A stretch of DNA of 39,313 nt, taken from assembly GCA_910580135.1 (NCBI GenBank), contig CAJTXC010000002.1, forward strand, positions 1 to 39,313, written 5' to 3'. This stretch comes from an uncultured Bacilli bacterium. Lineage in GTDB: Bacteria; Bacillota_I; Bacilli_A; RF39; UBA660. This document shows positions 35,241-39,313 of this stretch, one piece after another. How positions within the stretch are numbered: the first letter of the stretch is position 1; each line of letters starts with the position of its first letter. The translations under genes and the position numbers were made by a program. The notes under the pieces were generated by a model, which made no database searches, was not told the DNA's origin, and worked only from the letters and a program-made list of their open reading frames with translations.

Positions 35241-36488
35241 ATGCAGATTATATTACTTGATGAAGCTAGATTTGATAATTTTGCTATATCCCATCCTAAT
35301 CATAACTATTACCAAACAAGTAATTATGGTAGATTAATGAGTAAACACGGGCACAATGCCTATTATCTTGGCTTTGCAGATGATATGGGAGAAATAAAAG
35401 CTGCCGCATTAATGCTTGTTAAAAACGAAAAAAATGAAAAAAGAAAAATGGGCTATGCTCCAAGAGGTTTCTTAATAGATTGGAATAATGACGAATTAGT
35501 AGCAAACTTTACTGAATGCTTAAAAGATTTTCTTTCTAAAAGAAACTTTACTTACATAAAAATAGATCCACCTATTATTTATAAAGAACATAATAGTGAT
35601 GGTAGTGAAAAAACAAATATAGAAAGTAATTCTAGTTTTGTAGAAAAGTTACAAAAACTCGGGTTTATCCACATGGGTTATAACAATGGTTTAGAAGCAT
35701 CAAAGCCAAGATGGAATGCACTTACAGAGTTAGATTCTAATATTACAACTTTATTTAATTCTCTTTCAAAAGAAACTAGAGAAAAAATTAGTGATGGAGC
35801 TAAAAAAGGAAATAAAGTATACAAAGGTAGTTCAAATGACATAAACCTTTTATTTAACATTATAAATAAGCAAAATCCACCACTTGATTATTATTTAGAC
35901 TATTATCAATTTTATGGCCCTAGTTCTTTTGAAGTATACTTTAATAAACTAGAACCTATTTCATACGTTAATAAAAGTAAAGAAATGTTCGAAAAAGAAG
36001 AACAAAGAAATAATGAACTTAATATGCAAATGCAAGATTTCAATAACCCTAATAAAGATATGATAATAAATGAAAAGTTAAAGTCAGATGAAATGCTTGC
36101 AACATATAAAAAGAACATGTTAGAAGCTAGCAAATTATTTCAACAATATTCTGGAGGATTAGTAACCGCAGGAGTTGCAGTAATTAAATATGGAAATACT
36201 GTTAATATACTTGCAAGTGGCGTCAACGAATCATTTAAAGAACAACATCCAGAATATCTATTAAAGTGGCAACTAATGCAAGAATTCGCAAAACAAGGCT
36301 ATAAAACAGTAAATTTAGGCGGAATGACTAGTGAATTAAGAAAAGATTATGAATCAACTATGAAAACTGAAATGTCTAATAAAATAGTTGAATACGTGGG
36401 TGAATTTGATCTTGTTATAAATAAAAAAGCTTATTATACAGGAAGCAAATTAAATCCTATACTTAACTGGCTTAATACACCAATATAA
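35241..36488 (+). CDS. FemAB-family peptidoglycan interpeptide-bridge aminoacyltransferase
   Basis: 415 aa. N-terminus FLQSxxW-like (YYQTSNYGRL), GYAPRGFL, a central coiled-coil insertion, and C-terminal YLLKWQLMQEFAKQGYKTVNLGG. Confidence 0.75.
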   Translation: MQIILLDEARFDNFAISHPNHNYYQTSNYGRLMSKHGHNAYYLGFADDMGEIKAAALMLVKNEKNEKRKMGYAPRGFLIDWNNDELVANFTECLKDFLSKRNFTYIKIDPPIIYKEHNSDGSEKTNIESNSSFVEKLQKLGFIHMGYNNGLEASKPRWNALTELDSNITTLFNSLSKETREKISDGAKKGNKVYKGSSNDINLLFNIINKQNPPLDYYLDYYQFYGPSSFEVYFNKLEPISYVNKSKEMFEKEEQRNNELNMQMQDFNNPNKDMIINEKLKSDEMLATYKKNMLEASKLFQQYSGGLVTAGVAVIKYGNTVNILASGVNESFKEQHPEYLLKWQLMQEFAKQGYKTVNLGGMTSELRKDYESTMKTEMSNKIVEYVGEFDLVINKKAYYTGSKLNPILNWLNTPI

Positions 36489-36575
36489 ATGAAACTTTTG
36501 TTTCATTTTTTATTTTATATTTCATTTTATTTTAATTTATAGTATAATAAATAACCTAAGAAAGGGATGAATATT

Positions 36576-37361
36576 ATGGAATATAGTGAAATTAATCCAT
36601 TTGATGAAGTTCAGAAAACAAAACAAGAAATTTCCAATATTGAAGAATCAAATTTTTTTAAACGTCTGAAATTATCAAAAAGAAAAAATAAATTAAAGGA
36701 ATATTACAAGAACTTGTACAACTTATTACAAGAAAATGCAAACATAAATCCGCATGATTTTGCGCAAAATATTGCTGAAATATTAACTCAATATAATGCT
36801 GATAAAGATTATTTCTTAACTGATTATATTTTACAAAATAAAGAGGATGCTTTTCTCATTATAGCTCCTTTTGATACTACATATTATTTAAGAAGCAATT
36901 ATTATATGTTAGATAATATTACTAATATTGAAGATATTACATTCCATATTTCAAATGATGATTTTATAGTTATCCCATTCAACTTTAAACAAGCACAACC
37001 TTTTAACGTTTTAAATAGTGATTGCAAAATAAAAGAAGAACTTATTTCAAAATATCCTGAATTAGAAAATTATATAAAAAGCTTAGTTATTAATAACATT
37101 AATAATGTAACCAATTATAATTATGCAAATGAATATGCAAGAAGAATAAGAAAGATGAATTTTAATCAAAAAAAGATAGTAACTTATCAAGATGCTATAG
37201 ATGAAGAATTAGAAGCTATGGGAGATGATCCTCACTACTCTGGAAAACATCATAGAGATACAGCGATTACATTATTAGAATGTTCATTATTAATAAAAGC
37301 AAGTAAATTATATAAAGATCTAGAAGAAACATATGAAAAAATTAATAACAATAAAATTTAA
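36576..37361 (+). CDS. Hypothetical protein
   Basis: The ATG at 36576 has an A/G-rich SD (AAAGGGA) 8 nt upstream. No family recognised. Confidence 0.55.
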   Translation: MEYSEINPFDEVQKTKQEISNIEESNFFKRLKLSKRKNKLKEYYKNLYNLLQENANINPHDFAQNIAEILTQYNADKDYFLTDYILQNKEDAFLIIAPFDTTYYLRSNYYMLDNITNIEDITFHISNDDFIVIPFNFKQAQPFNVLNSDCKIKEELISKYPELENYIKSLVINNINNVTNYNYANEYARRIRKMNFNQKKIVTYQDAIDEELEAMGDDPHYSGKHHRDTAITLLECSLLIKASKLYKDLEETYEKINNNKI

Positions 37362-37390
37362 AAGACAAGTTTTTAGAAAATTGTCTTTTT
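37361..37390 (+). terminator. Rho-independent terminator
   Basis: AAAGACAA-N12-TTGTCTTT followed by TT. Confidence 0.5.
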
Positions 37391-37409
37391 ATAAAATTTC
37401 GTTTACTAA

Positions 37410-37435
37410 AAAAGACATTCTATTGAATGTCTTTT
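37410..37435 (-). terminator. Rho-independent terminator of tuf
   Basis: AAAAGACATTC-TATT-GAATGTCTTTT forms a perfect 11-bp stem. A T-run follows on the minus strand. Confidence 0.7.
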
Positions 37436-37447
37436 AATTAACTACAA

Positions 37448-38632
37448 TTAAGCGTCAATTTTAGTAACTGTACCAGCACCAACAGTACGTCCACCTTCAC
37501 GGATAGAGAACTTAGTACCGTTTTCAATTGCGATTGGAGCAATTAACTCAACTGACATACTTACGTTGTCACCTGGCATAACCATTTCAGTTCCTTCTGG
37601 TAATGTAACAACACCTGTTACGTCAGTAGTTCTGAAATAGAATTGAGGTCTGTAGTTTGAGAAGAATGGAGTATGACGCCCGCCTTCTTCTTTGCTTAAT
37701 ACGTAAACTTGAGCTTCAAATTTAGTATGTGGAGTAACTGTACCTGGTTTAACAAGAACTTGACCACGTTGTACTTGTTCACGTGAAATACCACGTAATA
37801 ATACACCAGCGTTGTCTCCTGCTTCAGCATAATCAAGTTGTTTACGGAACATTTCGATACCAGTAACAACTGTTTTTTGAGTATCTCTTAAACCAACGAT
37901 TTCAACTTCGTCGTTAAGTTTTAATTCACCACGTTCAACACGTCCAGTAACAACTGTACCACGTCCAGTGATAGTGAATACGTCTTCGATAGACATTAAG
38001 AATGGTTTTGAGTTGTCTCTTTCTGGAGTTGGAATCCATTCATCAACAGCATTCATTAATTCGTCAATCTTAGCAGCATATTCAGCATCTCCTTCAAGAG
38101 CTTTTAATGCAGAACCACGGATAACTGGAGTGTTGTCTCCATCGTAGTCGTATTTGCTTAATAATTCACGAACGTCCATTTCTACTAAGTCTAACATTTC
38201 AGCATCGTCAACCATGTCACATTTGTTCATGAATACAACGATTCTAGGTACACCAACTTGACGAGCAAGTAAGATGTGTTCTTTTGTTTGAGCCATAGGA
38301 CCATCTGTTGAAGCGATAACTAAGATTGCTCCATCCATTTGTGCAGCACCAGTAATCATGTTTTTAACATAGTCAGCGTGTCCTGGGCAGTCTACGTGAG
38401 CATAGTGACGGTTGTCAGTTTCATACTCAACGTGTGCAGTGTTAATTGTTATACCACGTTCTCTTTCTTCAGGAGCTTTATCGATATCTGCATAGTCTTC
38501 GAATTTAGCTTGTCCCTTTTCAGCTAATCTTTTAGTGATTGCAGCTGTTAAAGTAGTTTTACCATGGTCAACGTGTCCAATTGTACCAATGTTAACATGT
38601 GGTTTAGTACGAACAAATTTTTCCTTTGCCAT
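37448..38632 (-). CDS. tuf: Elongation factor Tu
   Basis: [32 protein letters not shown]..., [12 protein letters not shown]. Confidence 0.98.
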   Translation of the reverse strand: MAKEKFVRTKPHVNIGTIGHVDHGKTTLTAAITKRLAEKGQAKFEDYADIDKAPEERERGITINTAHVEYETDNRHYAHVDCPGHADYVKNMITGAAQMDGAILVIASTDGPMAQTKEHILLARQVGVPRIVVFMNKCDMVDDAEMLDLVEMDVRELLSKYDYDGDNTPVIRGSALKALEGDAEYAAKIDELMNAVDEWIPTPERDNSKPFLMSIEDVFTITGRGTVVTGRVERGELKLNDEVEIVGLRDTQKTVVTGIEMFRKQLDYAEAGDNAGVLLRGISREQVQRGQVLVKPGTVTPHTKFEAQVYVLSKEEGGRHTPFFSNYRPQFYFRTTDVTGVVTLPEGTEMVMPGDNVSMSVELIAPIAIENGTKFSIREGGRTVGAGTVTKIDA

Positions 38633-38689
38633 TTTAAATGGTCCTCCTAATTTTATTTTATATTTTGTAATTTAATTTTACCAATATAT

Positions 38690-38718
38690 ATTTTACCCTA
38701 ATTGGCGAGGGTTTGCAA
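38690..38718 (-). promoter_or_regulatory. Internal tuf promoter TTGCAA-17-TAAAAT
   Basis: Minus-strand hexamers lie in the fusA-tuf spacer. Confidence 0.5.
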
Positions 38719-38733
38719 GTAGAATGTTTAAAA

Positions 38734-39313
38734 TTAAGATCTACTCTTTATAATCTCTTCTTGAATGCTTCTTGGAACGGCTTCATAATGATGAGTTTGC
38801 ATAATGAAATTCCCACGTCCTTGAGAATTTGAACGAAGAGCTGTTGCATAACCAAACATTTCAGCTAGTGGAACATAAGCACGTATTTTCATACCATTTC
38901 CACGTTTTTCTTGAGAATCAAGACGTCCACGACGACTTGTTAAATCTCCAATTACATTTCCTACATATTCTTCTGGAACAGTAACATCTACTTCCATGAT
39001 TGGTTCTAGTAATACAGGTTTACACTTATCCTTAGCAGCTTTAAGTGCCATTGAAGCAGCAATCTTAAATGCCATTTCAGATGAGTCAACCTCATGATAA
39101 GATCCATCAAATAGGGTTGCTTTAATATCAATCATTGGATATCCAGCTAAAATACCATTAGGTAAAGATTCTTGTAATCCTTTATCAACAACTGGAATAT
39201 ACTCACGTGGTACAGTACCACCAACAACCTTATCACAGAATTCATATCCTTTTTCTGGATTTGGTTCAAATTTAATCCAAACATGACCATATTGACCACG
39301 TCCACCAGACTGA
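38734..39313 (-). CDS. fusA: Elongation factor G, C-terminal part (5' end outside window)
   Basis: The frame is open to the window edge. ...[20 protein letters not shown]..., [34 protein letters not shown]. Confidence 0.95.
   Translation of the reverse strand, partial: QSGGRGQYGHVWIKFEPNPEKGYEFCDKVVGGTVPREYIPVVDKGLQESLPNGILAGYPMIDIKATLFDGSYHEVDSSEMAFKIAASMALKAAKDKCKPVLLEPIMEVDVTVPEEYVGNVIGDLTSRRGRLDSQEKRGNGMKIRAYVPLAEMFGYATALRSNSQGRGNFIMQTHHYEAVPRSIQEEIIKSRS

Noticed and set aside
2823-38527. Many ORF-track entries lie antisense to, or nested in, long well-supported genes. They are 2823-3089, 3237-3476, 3365-3550, 5122-5319, 5947-6264, 6745-6945, 7787-7984, 9320-9775, 9836-10030, 10789-11079, 12990-13181, 13725-13997, 15036-15227, 17203-17481, 23945-24127, 24478-24672, 27009-27332, 28115-28333, 28557-28784, 28808-29044, 31249-31455, 31586-31795, 33596-33817, 34555-34752, 34799-35128, 35678-35860, 35912-36133 and 38339-38527.
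   Set aside because: Each overlaps a longer ORF with recognisable motifs on the other strand or in another frame. They lack SD sequences and have low-complexity Ser/Leu/Ile/Phe-rich translations typical of antisense frames in AT-rich DNA.

Overview
This is a very AT-rich chromosomal segment (over 70% A+T by eye, standard genetic code). It comes from a low-GC Bacillota-type bacterium, probably an anaerobe: it carries desulfoferrodoxin, FemAB, sortase and YhgE/Pip.

Right end: a conserved minus-strand housekeeping block of fusA (partial)-tuf, then eno-secG-rnr-capA-like-smpB, followed by ssrA (tmRNA, 27476-27841).

Main result: a ~13.1 kb integrative element (about 14396-27472) sits in the 3' end of ssrA.
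- Joining its flanks reconstructs palindromic attB and attP sites, both centred on a shared 15-nt core.
- It encodes a large serine recombinase whose ORF runs across attR into the tmRNA gene, and a second, small serine recombinase.
- It has a prim-pol/SF3 primase-helicase followed by an iteron/AT-rich origin, and an XRE repressor facing a perfect consensus promoter.
- Cargo includes a sortase B with a NAQTS-anchored surface protein, a tail-less SSB and several ORFans, one of them an oppositely oriented 523-aa zinc-ribbon protein.
- I recognised no capsid, terminase, lysis or conjugation genes, so it looks like a phage-satellite/PICI-like element or an integrative mobilisable element.

Left 14 kb, a mix of accessory and housekeeping genes:
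- a PIN-like fragment and a P-loop kinase interrupted by an amber codon;
- an ABC half-transporter with apparently degenerate motifs, coupled to a membrane protein;
- a GNAT and a 385-aa ORFan, each preceded by the same ~62-bp promoter cassette carrying a G9 tract in the -35/-10 spacer (candidate phase variation);
- an M18 aminopeptidase, UvdE, a TetR-YhgE/Pip operon, desulfoferrodoxin, an XRE-CYTH fusion and two small membrane proteins.

I saw no rRNA, tRNA or CRISPR array. All protein family calls rest on motif recognition by eye, not on database searches.
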